Assembly: GCA_039545335.1 (NCBI GenBank) | Contig: BCIN01000006.1 | Location: 1,054,001-1,118,000 of the forward strand | Reading direction: 5' to 3' | Length of the DNA stretch: 64,000 nucleotides | From: Kondoa subrosea | Taxonomy: Eukaryota | Shown here: in pieces, positions 22,856-36,546 of the stretch | Position numbering within the stretch: position 1 is the first letter of the stretch | How the letters are laid out: each line of letters opens with the position of its first letter | Notes under the pieces: model-generated | Told to the model about the DNA's origin: nothing | The model's input: the letters and a program-made list of their open reading frames with translations, nothing else | Databases searched by the model: none | Position numbers and translations under genes: made by a program

Positions 22856-25800
22856 TCAATGATCGTCGCCTTCCGCTTTCCCGACACCCCACGAGCTGAG
22901 CACTCTTGCACAGGTAGATCGTAAATGAGCTGCCTTTTCCGATTCCCAAAGATCGAGCGATAGGAATTCTCGCCCATAGTGCATGCAGGCTTCTGCGTGG
23001 AATTTGGTGTAGAGGCGAGAAGAGATTGAGTCCTGCACGCAAGTCAAGTTTAAGATCAGCACACAGGTGGATTGTCCAATCGTCAGGCGCACCTTTAGCC
23101 TTTCAGCTTCATTGCCTTTCGTTCTATCGCTTTTGTCCATTGATTCCAACGTGAATGCCCATTCGTCAGGTAATACCCAAATGCCAGCACCAGACAAGAA
23201 CATTTGATAGACACAAGCGGCTTTGTTGACATCAAAACGTTCCGTGCACCAAGGTTGAGCTTCTCTGCTGATGACCACATTTGGCGCGTAGTGCAACTCA
23301 TAATCGACAACCTTGTAAATCGATTGACCACCTCCTACGCCTCCATTGAGACCTAAGCCTTGGCCACCTCCACTTTGAGCGCTCTCTTGTAATCTTGGGT
23401 CCAGAGAGCCTTTGCGCCATAGTGACCAATTGGAAGGACCACGGTTTGGATCCCAAGCTTGATCCCACAAGGCAAAGACTGGTGCAGAAGGAGGTGCTTC
23501 GCCGGGACTCATGACCGATGCAGGAGGATGAGCTGAAGCGAGACCAACCAAAGTAGCTTTCTTCTTTGGCCATTTGGACATTGAGATAGGCAGAGTATCC
23601 TTGTGCGCTTGTACATAGGCAGCCGAGAGCTTAGAGAACTCATCTTCTGATACCCCACCAGTTGGAGCTTGGTCTAAATTTTCGCCGGATCTTATTTGCT
23701 TGAGCGAGGGAATCCCGATAGGAGCTCCATCGTCTGACCGACGCAGGGAACCGAAAGTAGGAATGACCAGCGCATCACCATCTGTCAAGAGGAGTTTGCG
23801 GATTGATGGTACGCTGAGCTTCTTTCGTAGTCCGATTGAAGGCATAATTCGAGCGTCGCCAACGAGCCAAACCATTTCCGTCCGAGCAAAGAAGCGAGCC
23901 AAGTTGAGATGAAAGTTGCTAGCTGTAGGATTGAGAAGAAGGCGTTCTCGCGAGCGGTTGGCATTAAGGATGGAGGTAGGTGGGTTGGAAAGGAAGTGCA
24001 CGTCGACCAGTTGACGCACAAGGGGTTCTTTGCTTCTCATATCGCGAATCCGGCGGAGAACCTCATTTCGTTCCGGGCTGTCTTGTGCATGTAGAGATTC
24101 AAATACGAGCGATACCGGACCTGTGAGATGAAAAAGGATGCATGAGAACAAGTCTCAACATCAGCAATTCATCTCACCGTTCCAGCGTTGGACAAATTCA
24201 GGCAATTCATCTAGCCAGGCTTCATTTGTATACAGACAAGCTGTAACTTCGCCTTTGTGCTCCATATTCTGCGCGCGGAACGCGAAGCTGTGAGAAGACA
24301 AATTGCCTTGCATGAGTCGAGAATCAATCAGCGATTGCTCTACTCACGGTTCGATGCCATCATGATGACCGCTATGCAGTTTCGAGTGCATTTTCGAGAA
24401 TCGATAAGGATGCGAGAGCGATGTAAGGGGATTCGAAGAAGGTACTTTGCTCGAGCCTGTACGATTTGGCGAAGAGGCTAAATAAGCATCCAGCTTAATG
24501 AGCACGTCGCGAACGCACCTGGAGCAACCCATTTCCTACTGACTCCATCAACGCTCTCCTCGATAATTACTTCCTCAACATCTCCGGCTGCGCTACTGTC
24601 TTCCGAAGTCATGCCAACATCTCCTTGCGAATCTCCTTCGCTTTCCCACATGTTGTTCACAGCAGCAGGCATTTTCTCTCTCAGGTTCTTTGCGAATCCT
24701 TCAGCCCAACCACCTAAAGCGAGTTGCATATTCCCATCTGTTCTTGGTATCAGGCGATGTGTTTGATCCGATGTTGAAAGATTCGACCCCAATCCCGCTA
24801 AAGATCCATATCCCAACAATCGAGAAGTGAGGAACAGTAAAGAGAAGCAGACGTAAAAGACTGAGAAGAGTCGGAGTGGCAGAGGAGCTTTCTTTGGCGG
24901 TTGAGGTACAGCAGATATTGAGGAATTGGTTTTGCTTTGAGGTTGTTGATTTGGCAGAAGTAGGTTTGAGAAAGGCCCTAGTAGAAGCGAAACAAGACCA
25001 TATGGTAGACACATGAATGATCTTGCTTGATTTTGCGTTTTCGGTCTGTACAATCGCAATCAGTCCTGAAGAACGCGAAGTTCCACGCCTGAGAGCGATA
25101 ACGTACCTCGAGGAAGGCTTTTCTTGATTCTCTGGTAAACCATTGGCCATCCAGTTGAAAGCTTTCCACTCCCTCTTCTCTCCATTTCCCAGAGTCGGAC
25201 TGTGGCCTCCCAGCACCGGACTGTTTCTCGAAGTCGCATCTTCCAATATCGCATCGAACTTGTTTGAGCCCATTGAAGGTGTATAAGAAGCTGTAGCAGG
25301 TAAACAAGCTGCAGTAAGTGATATCTGTCTTCCGTGAGCTTTGCTGCCCAGTGTAGGTGAATGTTGGCCTTGTTGAGAAGAAGTGCTTGCACTCAGATTA
25401 GGTGTAGGTTGGATTGCTATAGCAGAATGGAAAGAGCTATTTGAGCCTGTTGAAGATGCATGAGAATGAGCATTTGAGCCGCGTCGAGTTGGGTAAGAAG
25501 CAGGGTCGAGATGAGTATTGATCTGAGGCAGTCGAGGAGAAGTAGGTCTAGAAGGAGGCGTAGGATTCGACCATCCTCCGTTTGCGCCTAGCATAGGACT
25601 GCCCATACTTATTGTTGGAGATAGGGTATTGTTGTGCCAATCTGCAGGCTGCTGATCGTATTCCGTAATACTGATGGCTGAAGGTCGACGAGAATTCAGA
25701 CTGCTGCTAGAGTTGTTGGTCTGCAATGTATCGAAGGGCGACAATTCTGCCCAATCGTCTTCTGCATCGAGGCCTAAGCCAACAAGCGCTGGTTTCTGTT

Positions 25801-25987
25801 TAGTTGCTGCGCTTCTTTTAGGCGTGATGGAATTTGATGATCCTGAACGATTCATGGTGTTGGAAGAGAAACGTTTGGCTGGAGGGTCATTGAAGCCAGC
25901 AGTCACAGGCGAAGAAGGACCAGGAGATACGTCTGTTGACGAACTGGAAGCGCCATCGTCTGGCAAGGAAGGCACTTGTTTCTTCAT
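22856..25987 (-). CDS. GT49 (LARGE/B4GAT1-like) glycosyltransferase-family membrane protein
   Basis: Long disordered N-terminus, hydrophobic TM segment (FSVFYVCFSLLFLTS), then VTACLYTNEAWL...RWNGPVSLVF, NFHLNLARFFARTE, YELHYAPNVVISR...WCTERF...NKAACVYQMFLSG...VLPDEW, typical of fungal GT49-like proteins. Confidence 0.75.
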
Positions 25988-26695
25988 TATGCTATCTTGG
26001 ATGGCGGATTGTGCAATTCAATGACTGAAGAGGAGTTCAGGCAAGGAAGAGAGGTGTAACCAAGCGAGGCGAATCTTTTTGGTCGCGCTTGGGCCTTGCA
26101 AATGACTTTGCCGAAGTGTCCGTGAGCTTTGCTGAGTGTGTCTGTCTGTCGAGGGTATGCACACTGTTCCGTTGTTGCGCAGGCCTTTCCCTTAGTCGAC
26201 AGTGGAAGAGTGAAACGCGGTGCTGTAAATAGTTCTCTTGGCTCGTTGTGCTCGCTTTACAGGTCCTGCCCGCTAGCAAAGGTGTTGGTAGTGACCGCTA
26301 TGCTGCTATCAAAGAGCTCGCTATCGAAGCACGCGTGTTTCTGTAAGAAAGTGACCGAGCTGCGGATACTGATGATTATTTTGCTTGCAAAGAGCAGTCA
26401 ATGCTTGAAAGTTGAATAACGAAATGTCGGGAGTGCTGTGTGAGCGAATGAAAGTGCAGATCCGTGTTGCGCAACTTTGTTATTTGGTCGACAAAATATG
26501 AGCCGCGATGTTGGTTCGTTGAAAAGAAGCTTGAAACACGGTCCGATTACGCGTATTAATGATACTAGATATGCAGTTCTCTGATCGATACAACCTGTGC
26601 TTCTTTACTTTTACTGCTTCGGCCTAGCTTTTCGAGTCTATATAGTTGATAAATACCTTGACTCGATTACGCGCAAAAGCTAGTAATGAACTAAC

Positions 26696-28183
26696 CTACC
26701 TCTTCTGATGTACGCTGGCCTTCTTTGCAGCTCTTCGCTCTCTTCCGCTGATAACAGGTGCTGCAGGCTTGCCTTTCCCGCTTCGTAAAGAATACCTCGC
26801 TTCCTCCTGCTTCTCTGACTTCACATCTTTTTCGATGACGAGTACGCTTTCTATCTGCTCTTCATCCTCATCCTCGAATGCTGATAATTCCGACAGCTCT
26901 TCATCCGATTCCAAAGTATCCGGTTCTGCGGGACTGGAAGATCTCGAAACGCTCTTCTCCCTCATTTCATCTAATCGAGGATGATGCTTCTTAGTGGGAG
27001 GCGTACTATCCAAAGAAGCGACGTGTAAAGATTCCGAAAGAGATCTTTTACTAGCAGCTGGTCTTATACGTGGAGGTGGAAGATCTTTTGCTATAGCTGA
27101 AGGTGAAGAAGGTGTAGAAGATAAAGGTGAGGTGAGATTGGAAGAAGGACCTGGATCAGGATCAAGTGGTAAATTGTCTTCTTCCTGTAATTGTTCCAAA
27201 GCCAATTCCCAAGATCCAGTAGTGTCAATCAATTTCCTAATCTCAGCTAAGGTATGGGCAGATGGATCCGGTAGAGAAGATAAGACGAGCTTCTCTTCGT
27301 CTGTTGCTATAAGTGTACCAGATCTCTTGCTTGACGAAGGAGCCGAAGCAGAAGGCGATTTATTCTCGACAATGCATATGTCTGGTTTGCCTGAATGAGG
27401 ACCTTTGATGTTTCGAGCGGAAGAGTAGTGCTCGTAAGAGCCATGATACTGTTACAAGTCAGGATAAATAGCACTGGGTAAATCAAGACAGCTTACGATG
27501 ATGTACAGAGGATAAGTGTCGTCCTGAGGTTCCGTCTCGCGACCTTTGCCTTTCCCTTCTGTAGCACGACGAGCTTGCTCTTGCTGCCTTTGCTTCAAAG
27601 CTGCAGGACTTTCATCCTCGTCGCCAACAACATAAACCAGTCCAGCTTGAATGACTGTGGATGCAAGAGGCTCCTGTGAGCAGACAGATTGCACAGTCAC
27701 GACTTTCACCCACCCTTAATAGTTCGCTTTGCCATCCGCGCAAAGATAGAAAGTTCAAGGTGCGAACCATAAGTAGCATTCTGCCGCATAGTTGCGACTA
27801 TTCGGCTGTCAAAACGATACGGCTGCGTAGAGTATAGGCATACCATGTCTATCAAATGCTTCCTTTGGCTCTTCCGAATCATCAGAGATCACAAACAGCA
27901 GATACTCCTCTTCATGAGCTTCCAAGTAATCGCAAACATCCTGACGAATCTTCATATGCTCGTTAGGATGACCATGATACTGATCGCTCAATGCTCGAAA
28001 CATGCAATTGCCATCGCCTTTAGTCTCGCTTGCATATAGTGACATGGATTTCAGGGTAGCAGACAGAGAAGCTTCTGCTTTGACTGGATCTTCCACATGC
28101 TTTATCTTTGAGCGAGTGCGAGGAGTTCTCACTTGAACAGTATTGCGTTTGCCAACTCTTCGACCAGTCTCACGCGGAGCCAT
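26696..28183 (-). CDS. OTU-domain deubiquitinase (OTUD3/Otu2-like)
   Basis: KGDGNCMFRALSDQ (catalytic Cys), MRQNATYGSHLELSIFA, SYEHYSSARN (catalytic His); acidic/basic disordered tail. Confidence 0.92.
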
Positions 28184-28386
28184 CAGTGTTTGAAGCGAGA
28201 ATGAAAATCCTGTATGTATCGGAGCCGGTGTCTTGTAATAGAAGATCAAAGACCAGCAGGCAAACAGCTAGAGTCCTGAAGCCAACCCAAAGCGGGTAAT
28301 GGCTGCAGAACAAGAAATCAAATCGGAAATTGATCAACACATCAGTCAAACGATCGTCTGGCTAGTAGGTCCCCTTGCAGCTGAGG

Positions 28387-29746
28387 ATGTCTTCAGAAGT
28401 GGTACAAGAGTACGATGCAGAGCATGAGCAGGCAGAGATCTTGAGGCCGGCGGAGATGTTAAAGAATTTCCAAGATATCAATGTTTTAGCTCGTAGGCTT
28501 CCTTTTGAGCCAGCCTGTCTATCTTAGTTTGATTCTCTCCGTATCAAGCAATGGTCCGCTACTCCAAACTCCCTTTTCGTCAATTGGTGTCGAATTATGA
28601 TGTTCACATCACGCATACTCCAATGATTCTGCGAGTTTCCTCTACCTTCCGTTTCTTGCTGCCTCTTACTTTTCGTCTGTTCACTTAGCGCCAAAGAGTT
28701 TTCTCGTTCAGCTTTCGCTCGAGATGCAGATTTCTCAACCAACGAGCAAGAACGAGGTACCTTCTTCCTTTCCGATCTACACACTCCAATAGCCTCGTCA
28801 TCATCACCAAGGAAGAAGAAGCGAAAAGTTCGCGGAGCTTTGATCGCTCAATTTGCGGCTTCAGATCCAGTTCATCTAGCAGACGCAACAGAATTAGTAG
28901 CGCCTTATGTCGATGCTATTGATCTCAATTGCGGTTGTCCTCAGAAATGGGCTTATCAAGAAGAGATTGGGTCTTTTCTTTTACGACAACCGGATAGAGT
29001 ACGAGATTTGGTTAGGACGACTAAAGCTAGAGTTGGTCAATCGTTTCCAGTGCATGTAAAGATAAGAGTAGATGATGACCTAAGGTCAGTGCTTTATATA
29101 TTCTGCTGCGCAATTAATTCAATAAGAGTGTCAGTCATACGGATCGATTGGTCAAAACAGCTATTCAAGCAGGCGCAGATGTACTTTCGGTTCATGGTCG
29201 AACAAGGCATCAATCTTCTTCTGGTCATCCAGTCAACTTGCCAGCTATCAAGTTCGCCTTCGAGGCTGTTAATGGGCAAATTCCGGTCGTTGCGAATGGG
29301 GACGTGTTCTCGATAGATGAAGCGAGACAGATGCGAGAAGAGACCGGGGTGAATGGAGTCATGAGTGCTAGAGGTTTGTTGGCGAATCCGGTAAGTACTT
29401 TCCAGTCAATGCTAGATAATCCTGAATCTATAATGTAGGCTCTGTTTTCCGGCTACGACCTGACACCGAAAACTGCTGTCAAGGTACGATTTGGAACCGG
29501 ATGTGTGCCTTTCTCACAAACTAGCAGGAATTCGTCGAGCATTCGCTCAACAGCGGACTTATCTTTCCACTCTTCCATCGTCATTGCGTGTATATGCTTG
29601 AAAACAGCATAAGACGGAAAGCTGGTAAGCAGATCGCTGTCGTGCGCAATCAAAGCTGATTTGCAACAGATCGGACATATCTGAACTCTCTCGCTTCGCA
29701 TGCTTCTGTTCTGAATTATTTGCAAGAAGATGGTTGGCTACTATGA
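28387..29746 (+). CDS. DUS4: tRNA-dihydrouridine synthase (Dus4-like)
   Basis: APMVRYSKLPFR, TPMILAKEF, DFSTN, LIAQFAA, IDLNCGCPQKW, SVHGRTR, VANGD, GVMSARGLLANPALF. Confidence 0.92.
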
Positions 29747-29806
29747 CAGACTTCAATCCTACTCTACTTACCAGCTACAATAACCAGCTACACCAAACAA
29801 GAAGAT

Positions 29807-30667
29807 TCATTTCTCTGCCTTTACGAATGCAGAAAATTCGTATCGAGCCTTCATCTCTTGCAAGCGCTCGATATCTCTTCCCTTCTTGAGAAACGGGTCT
29901 TCTTCCCAAGCTTCATCGCCAAGAACTGCTCTGGCGAATGCTTCAAATCTGGCAGATCACTCAGCAACTTGCTGTGAAAGTTGCGTCTAAACAAACTCGG
30001 TTGCATAGTCTGCTTTGTCGTCCGCGGTATCTCCTGACTGTGACTCCAGTTCCCACGCCGCGGCGATGTATTTCAAAGCTGAAGCTGTGACTTCTGCTTC
30101 TGGCATTGAAACCCTCTCTTGCCTCACTGCAAGCTGCTCCTCTGCAATATTGGATGTGTAGGCCTTGAAAAGACAATGGTGTAATTGGGCTCCTACAAGC
30201 TGGAACTCTTGATCGGAAGAATGCCAGTCGAAGTCATTTGCGCTTCTCAGCCAGATCTTGATTGCTTCCAAATATGATTCTTCTGTTCGAAGTTCAATAC
30301 CTTTATGAAGTTCATCTGCAAGAAGTTCCAGCTTCGCATCCTGTTCTTCCCAATATTCTTCCATCTGTTGCTTGCGCTGCTGCTTCTCTGCCCACATTGC
30401 ATCTAGCTCCGCTTCCATGTCCGGACACATGAAATCTTCATCCTCCAACTCTTCCAAGCTTTGCGAGCAGTCCTCATCCTTATTCTGTGCAGTCGGCGAC
30501 GGACCTTTGACCTCGATAGACTGACTTTGCGAGCGAGTTCGTTCGGCAAAGCTCGTTGCTGGATCCTCTGACAGGGTGGTGGCGACGGCTTGTGCTCTTG
30601 TATGCTGTTGCCGGCCGATGTTTGGACTATCTTTCAGTTGCAGCTTTGCCTGGCTGAATGGTCGCAT
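29807..30667 (-). CDS. Hypothetical helical protein, possibly mitochondrial
   Basis: Long acidic/helical ORF with Arg-rich N-terminus (MRPFSQAKL...). One intron near 29950-29997 leads to last exon FEAFARAVLG...FVKAEK*. Start uncertain. Confidence 0.55.
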
Positions 30668-31644
30668 TGCTGCTACTGGATGTGATATATAATGACATCG
30701 TAAGGAATGACGGCGAGCAAGTCTCAAACACTACATCCTGGCTGTTGAAGAAGAAGAGCTTAAAGCCGAATTTGAATACAAGTGCAAGGATCGTCCGCTT
30801 TGACCTGTTGTCAGACTACAGACGATGCGCTTTGGTCTTGCTATCTCAGTCTGTCTTGCTAAACGCGAAATACATAGATCATTCAACCCAAAGATGGTAG
30901 TAATCCGCTCAATCAGAGTATGGCACAAGAAAATCTCTGACGCGAGCAAGATGTCTGGACAGGCTGAGTTCCTCATGCTTGGATCGGCACGGGTCGAGCG
31001 GAAGTAAGCAACGCGATCAATGCATTCTTGGCTCTAACTTCTCTAGTTCTTGCTTACAATTGAAGACGTACGAGTGAGGAGCAGCTTCAGGCTCTCGAAA
31101 TCAATGGAGGATGCTATTGGATTCTGAGCCTTTCCTCGGTAAGTCACTGAAATCCGTCCGAACAGTCTGTTTCCGGTGTTACAACTTACAAGTGATGTGC
31201 CTGCTACATTCGCTGAGTATAGTGGGATGATATTCAGTAGCATCAGAACGCTCAGGCATTCACAAGCTTCCGTCAATCAAAACTCGTTCTACTGAAAATT
31301 GCAGATTGCAAAGGGGCTATTTTAATGAGCAGTATACTAGTTAACCTCTCGCTAATATGCATTCACTACGTACACCTTGCTCTGTTCTGTCTAGGTATTT
31401 TTGAACTTTGACCGATCTTGCAATGTGAGCCGCCTTTTGTGATCGACGACTTTGCTTATTTTACTCGCGCAGATCCTGGCGTAAGCTGCATCTAGGCTGC
31501 TTGGCGTTCCGTTCCTCGCGGTTCCGACTAAGTGTACCGGATCGTCATCAACTTTCCTTTCGCAGCCATTCACACCAAGCCCACTTTGGCTTATAATGTG
31601 CTGAAGAATTTATCAAGCTGTTACTTTCAATTCCTGACAATATC

Positions 31645-32648
31645 ATGGCTGCCGAAGCTACACCAGACTCTATCGTTCTATCTACAATAGCGCAACAGAT
31701 TGTCTTCGACGAGAATAAGCGCGAAAGGATTTTTGGTGATCTCATTGATAGGACTACAGTGGGCTTGCTTCCCTTCGTGCGCTGAAGACTCGAGCATATA
31801 TCTCAAGGCTGTGTTTAGATTGTCGTTCTTATTCGTCATTTCAGATGCGGGGTAAGTCGAGAATCCGTTGGCAGAGCATTCGATCGTTACTCATGCGTTT
31901 TGGTGCAGCTCTGTCAAGACTATCTGATGTACCTGATACAGCAAGCTAGCCTGATTGTAAGACCTGCTCGGCATTGTCTTCTTCGTCCTCTAATAAGTCA
32001 TTCGATAGTCGCCCGAAGTACTGGAGAAGGAGAATGCACAGTTGATAGTCATAGGTTGCGGACAACCTAACATGAGTGAGCTCAACACCTCAACTCTCGT
32101 TATGATTAACCGCTGACAGCGTCAATTCATTAGTCAAAGCGTACAAAGAACTTCTTGGTCTACCATATCAAGTCTACGCGAATCCAAGTACTTCAATTTA
32201 CAAAGCTCTGAGCATGAACAGAGTGAAAGGAGTGGATACTAACACTAAGAGTGTTTATTCGTACGTCTCTTCTATCCGAAAACAAATCCATTTAACGCAA
32301 TATGTATGGTTCACAGCAAGAGGAACTATTTGGGAATGATTGGCACCTCGATACAGCGAGGTCTGAAGATGGGCAACTGGACTGGATCAGCAGGTGATAA
32401 GAGTCAGCTAGGAGGCGAACTGATTTTAAACAAATGTGAGTCGCAAAATCGGGAAAGCCTTGCGCTGTTTCTGATAACACTTTGTTGCAGGTGACGACAA
32501 TACACTCTCCTGCTCATTCATACATCGAATGAAATCACTGAGTGGTAAGACGTTTTGATCTATCTTACAATATTCCTCGCTGAACCGCTCTTCAGATCAC
32601 AGCGAAGCGAAAACGTTACGCAAGCTGTACAACGTCATTCGGTGCTAA
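31645..32648 (+). CDS. AhpC/TSA-2 (peroxiredoxin-like 2 / AAED1) thioredoxin-fold protein
   Basis: Spliced many-exon product: IFGDL...IVVLIRHFRCGLCQDY (CxxC), LIVIGCG, YQVYANPSTSIYKAL, GDKSQLGGELIL, FIHRM...DHSE. Absent from the ORF track as a unit. 3' end uncertain and may extend toward ~33000. Confidence 0.82.
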
Positions 32649-33156
32649 CCTTGTTCATCTTCTTCATCGGCATCTGCTATCCTATCTCTTGCATACGATC
32701 TGCCAGACAAGACGAAGCTACAGCCCATCAAGTTAAGACCATTCTCAAGAGTGTATATCTATATTCAAGAACAACAAATGCGGAAACCCTTTCTTCAGGA
32801 AAGAAAGCTGGCCTTTCAGAATCTGTTTATAGTCAATTCTCCTTTGAAGCCAAAACAACTATTGAACAAACCAAGAGACAGAGACAGCTCTCTCAGCATT
32901 GTCAATGCAGAAAGATTCTCGTTGGACATGTGTGGTCGCGCTTCGTAGAACACTGTTCTGTGAGGCGAAGACTATTAGTCCAGATAAAGTTGTGTGAACA
33001 TGGGAATTTGTAGTAATTGTAGACCTAAGTTATTATTGTAATAAAAAGTGTGTGAATAAGCTGCTCGTTCATATGCAATCCCTCTGCGGTACTCATCATC
33101 CGACTGAATTCTCAAGATTCTAATGTTGACAGATCACGGCGACTTCGGTCTAGGCA

Positions 33157-33616
33157 ATGCAGTCCAGCGCAATCTTACGATCAAGATCAGTATGGAAAGG
33201 TTCTTTACAGCCTTTCACTGACTGTCAGAAATGCCTTCTGATTCATTTATTTGCAGGTCCAGCATTTACGACTTTCCCTAATATGCAAGCAGCTTTGGCG
33301 AACAATACACCAATTCAAACAGATGCTAGATGGTCTACTATCTTACCTGCTTTCGTAGGGTGTGTTGAAATATCACAGTATAAAGGAATTGGAAGCTCAT
33401 TATGCAAAAAATTGGTTGCAGGCTGAAATTGTTGGTCCACAATGGAAAGAAATATGTACCACTATCCATCACGCAAGAGATGGTAGGTCATAAACTGGGA
33501 GAATTGGTACCTACAAAGAAGAATTGGTCATTCAGGTGAGTATTCACGGCTCGTCTTGAGATTTGTCTCATCAAATGTGTTCGCACGCTCACAGGCAAAC
33601 GAAAGCTGGTCGTTAA
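33157..33616 (+). CDS. RSM19: Mitochondrial ribosomal protein uS19m
   Basis: [48 protein letters not shown] after removing three introns. Confidence 0.93.
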
Positions 33617-34112
33617 GCTGCTAGTTTCTGTCACTCAGGTGATACAGGCGTCGTCCGCCTCGTTGGCTTATCACAGCCAAAAACAACCGATTCTAGCACT
33701 CAACCTCGTCGTTTAAGACTGGTGCTGCTTCTATGGTCAATCATTGGCTAGGCTAAAGTGCACATTGGTATTATCGTCAAGCAGCTTGGGCAAGGTTCAG
33801 CTCTTCGGTCTCTATGCAAGTACTTTCCCGAGCGGAATACTTCAGGCCTGTGGAAGATTGGACATGAGCGGATCGCATTAGATCTGTACTACTTTCACGC
33901 GTGTATATATGCATTTTATTTTGGTCTCTGTCATGTGCACGATTTTTGAGACTCCTTGGGTACAATACGCGCGATCGGAATGATCGTCATTTCGACTTCT
34001 TGTCCCGCATCAATCGCTCTTTCAGCTGCTTTTACACTGCACAAGCACGGCTGTCGCTATTTCTATCTCTCGCTTATCTAGACGTTTCCTATCCTCTCGT
34101 CCTGTCCTCGCA

Positions 34113-35466
34113 ATGCCCGCGACTCGTTCAAGTAAAGCTAAAACGGAACCTAAAGAAGAAGAGTCTCTTCTCGACAGCACTCCTTCTACTCCAGCTAAAA
34201 AGGAACACACTCGAACTAAATCAGCCGATGCTACCTTGAAGAAGAAACTCAAAGATCTCGAGACTTTCCAACAAACGCCATTCCCTGATTTCAGTCGTCC
34301 TTCAGCACAAGAATGTCAATCCGTTTGTGATGCTTTAGCTACAGTTCATCCATTACCTGTTCGACCTGCTAAAATCGAGAACTTGGAAAGCGTTGGAGCG
34401 AATTGTGGTTTAGTTCCAGATGTATTAGATGCTTTAGTGAGAACTATCTTATCCCAAAACACATCAAGCAAGAATTCTACTGGTGCTAGACAAGGAATAG
34501 AAGATAAATTTGGCAAAGGTCCAAATTATGAAGCTGTTAGATTAGCTAGTCAGGAGGATTTGGTTGAAGCTATCAAAAGTGGTGGATTAGCTAATATCAA
34601 AGCTAAAGTCATCAAGAAGATCTTGGATGCTGTTTATGAGAAGGAGGGGAAACTTTCGCTGGATCGATTGCATACCTTGAGTGATGAGGATGCACTCAGG
34701 GAATTGGTCAGCTTTGATGGTGTGGGGCCAAAGACTGGTGAGCGGATTTTACAACGCAGTAAAGCAAAACCTAACGAGAGTTACAGCTTCCTGTGTCCTG
34801 CTCTTCTGTATGGGTAGAGAAAGTTTTGCTGTAGACAGTGCGTTCTCCCTAATTCTAACACTGTACGCGCAAGCTAACTATATATGCAGCGCACGTCTTT
34901 CGAATCACCAAAGCGCTCAACTGGGTCCCGCTTAAAGCAACTCGAGAAACCGCTTTTCAGCATTTAGATGTCCGTGTGAGTGCTTGTTGCACTTGAGCTA
35001 CTGCAATAGCTGAGTCGCGACGTTGTATTCACAGATTCCTGGACCGCTCAAATACGCTCTGCACGCTTTATTCGTAACGCATGGAAAGAAATGCAAAAAC
35101 TGTTCTGCAAACGCTTCACCTACTAAAGAGCAGAAATCCAACTGTCCTCTTGTTCCATTCTTGAGTAAGAAACCCACTAAATCATTGGAAGTCGATGGAG
35201 CTCCACCCAAAGACAAAATCGAGGATGAAGAAGATATGCATGGGTTGGAATCACCTACTAAAAGGAAGAGGGACGTGAAAGAGGAGGATGAGAAGCCTGT
35301 CAAGAGAGCTACTAAAGCGAAAGCGAAAGCGAAGCAAGAAGAGGAATCAGATTTGTCTGAATTGAGTGAACAGGAAGAAGAAGAAGAAAAGAAACCGGCC
35401 AAAAAGACACCTGTGAAGAAGGGCAAGAAAGCTACCAAGGCAAAGAAAGAAGAGGTGGAAGATTAG
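34113..35466 (+). CDS. HhH-GPD (endonuclease III-like) DNA glycosylase
   Basis: VLDALVRTILSQNT, AIKSGGLANIKAKVIK, LVSFDGVGPKTASCVLLFC, FAVDTHVFRI, LHALFVTHGKKCKNC; Lys/Glu-rich tail. Confidence 0.92.
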
Positions 35467-35582
35467 GTCGAAGAAGCAGGAACGCATTCTGGTGTCCATT
35501 AAAAAAATGTCCATAGCCTTGTCATTTTTGTACCAAGATCTTTTGCAAACCCTATACGACTGTCCATCGTAGGCAAACAAAT

Positions 35583-36546
35583 CTACAGATGTCGTTCTGT
35601 CTCCTTCACTGCTGCCAGCTCGGCTGTAACTTCTTCACACGACAAGATAGCCCCATAGGCTCGCAAATTGTACAGGCTATTCTCCGCTTGTTTCTGCATA
35701 TAGCTAGCTACAGCATCTTTGACTATGACGAGATCGAAATCTATCACAATCTCATCGACAGAATCGAATCGGAAAAAGCAGCGTAACTCACTATGAGCAA
35801 TAGCTGAGCGAGCAGTATTCTCCACGCAGTAATCAGTCATGGTACCGACAATGACCACTGTTTCTGCTCCAGAATAGGAAAGACGTTTTGCTAGATCGGT
35901 ATCCTCGAATGCACTGTAGTGGCTTTTGTTAACGCGCTCGTATTTACCTTCCGATCAATTGTCTTTAGTTTTCGTATGAGACGAGACGAGGCAGCAAAAC
36001 ACTCACCAGCTAGAGCTTCTATTTCTGGCAGTAGAGCAAAGTCTTCGCTGAACATCAGGACCGTCCCTTCGTTTATCATAGCTGGTTAGGACGACTTGTA
36101 AGAGAGCAAGAAGTTGCTCTGACCTTCTCCTGGAGGTCCTTCGCGTCTGCACAGCCAACCTTTGTCTCCTGGATCTGCAATATATATATTTAGTTATCGC
36201 AGCTCAATGGAGAGCGCATGACTTACAATGTCCCTGTCGATATTGTTCAGCATCAGACATGTAGATATTGATCTGATATCTCGCCGCACATGCTGTGTAA
36301 AGAAGACTGGCAAGCCTTTTGCTTTGTACTCTTTGATGAGCGAGATGACTTCATTCTTAATCTGATCAACTTCTTCGCAAGCAAATCCATTCTGCATATC
36401 TATCAGTTCAAAGGTGAGCTTGAGGTCTCATTGTTCGGTACAGCTGCGAACTGACCTATGACTAAGAGAGCGCTATTGGATATATCGTGCTTCCAGGCAT
36501 TCTTTGCCATGCGCCTCTCTGCATCTACAAGATCCGAGGAGCTCAT
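35583..36546 (-). CDS. Isochorismatase-family cysteine hydrolase
   Basis: ALLVIDMQNGF, PVFFTQH, NKSHYSAFEDTDL, VIVGTMTDYCVENTARSA: complete Asp-Lys-Cys triad after splicing. Confidence 0.9.

Noticed and set aside
31830..31925. Possible selenocysteine in the AhpC/SelU-like redox motif
   Set aside because: The spliced motif is TGC GGG CTC TGT (CGLC), with no in-frame TGA.
13785..36546. Chorismate-derived secondary metabolite cluster (anthranilate synthase plus isochorismatase)
   Set aside because: The genes are 20 kb apart with no NRPS/PKS or tailoring genes. Isochorismatase-family proteins are generic hydrolases and TRP2 is primary metabolism.
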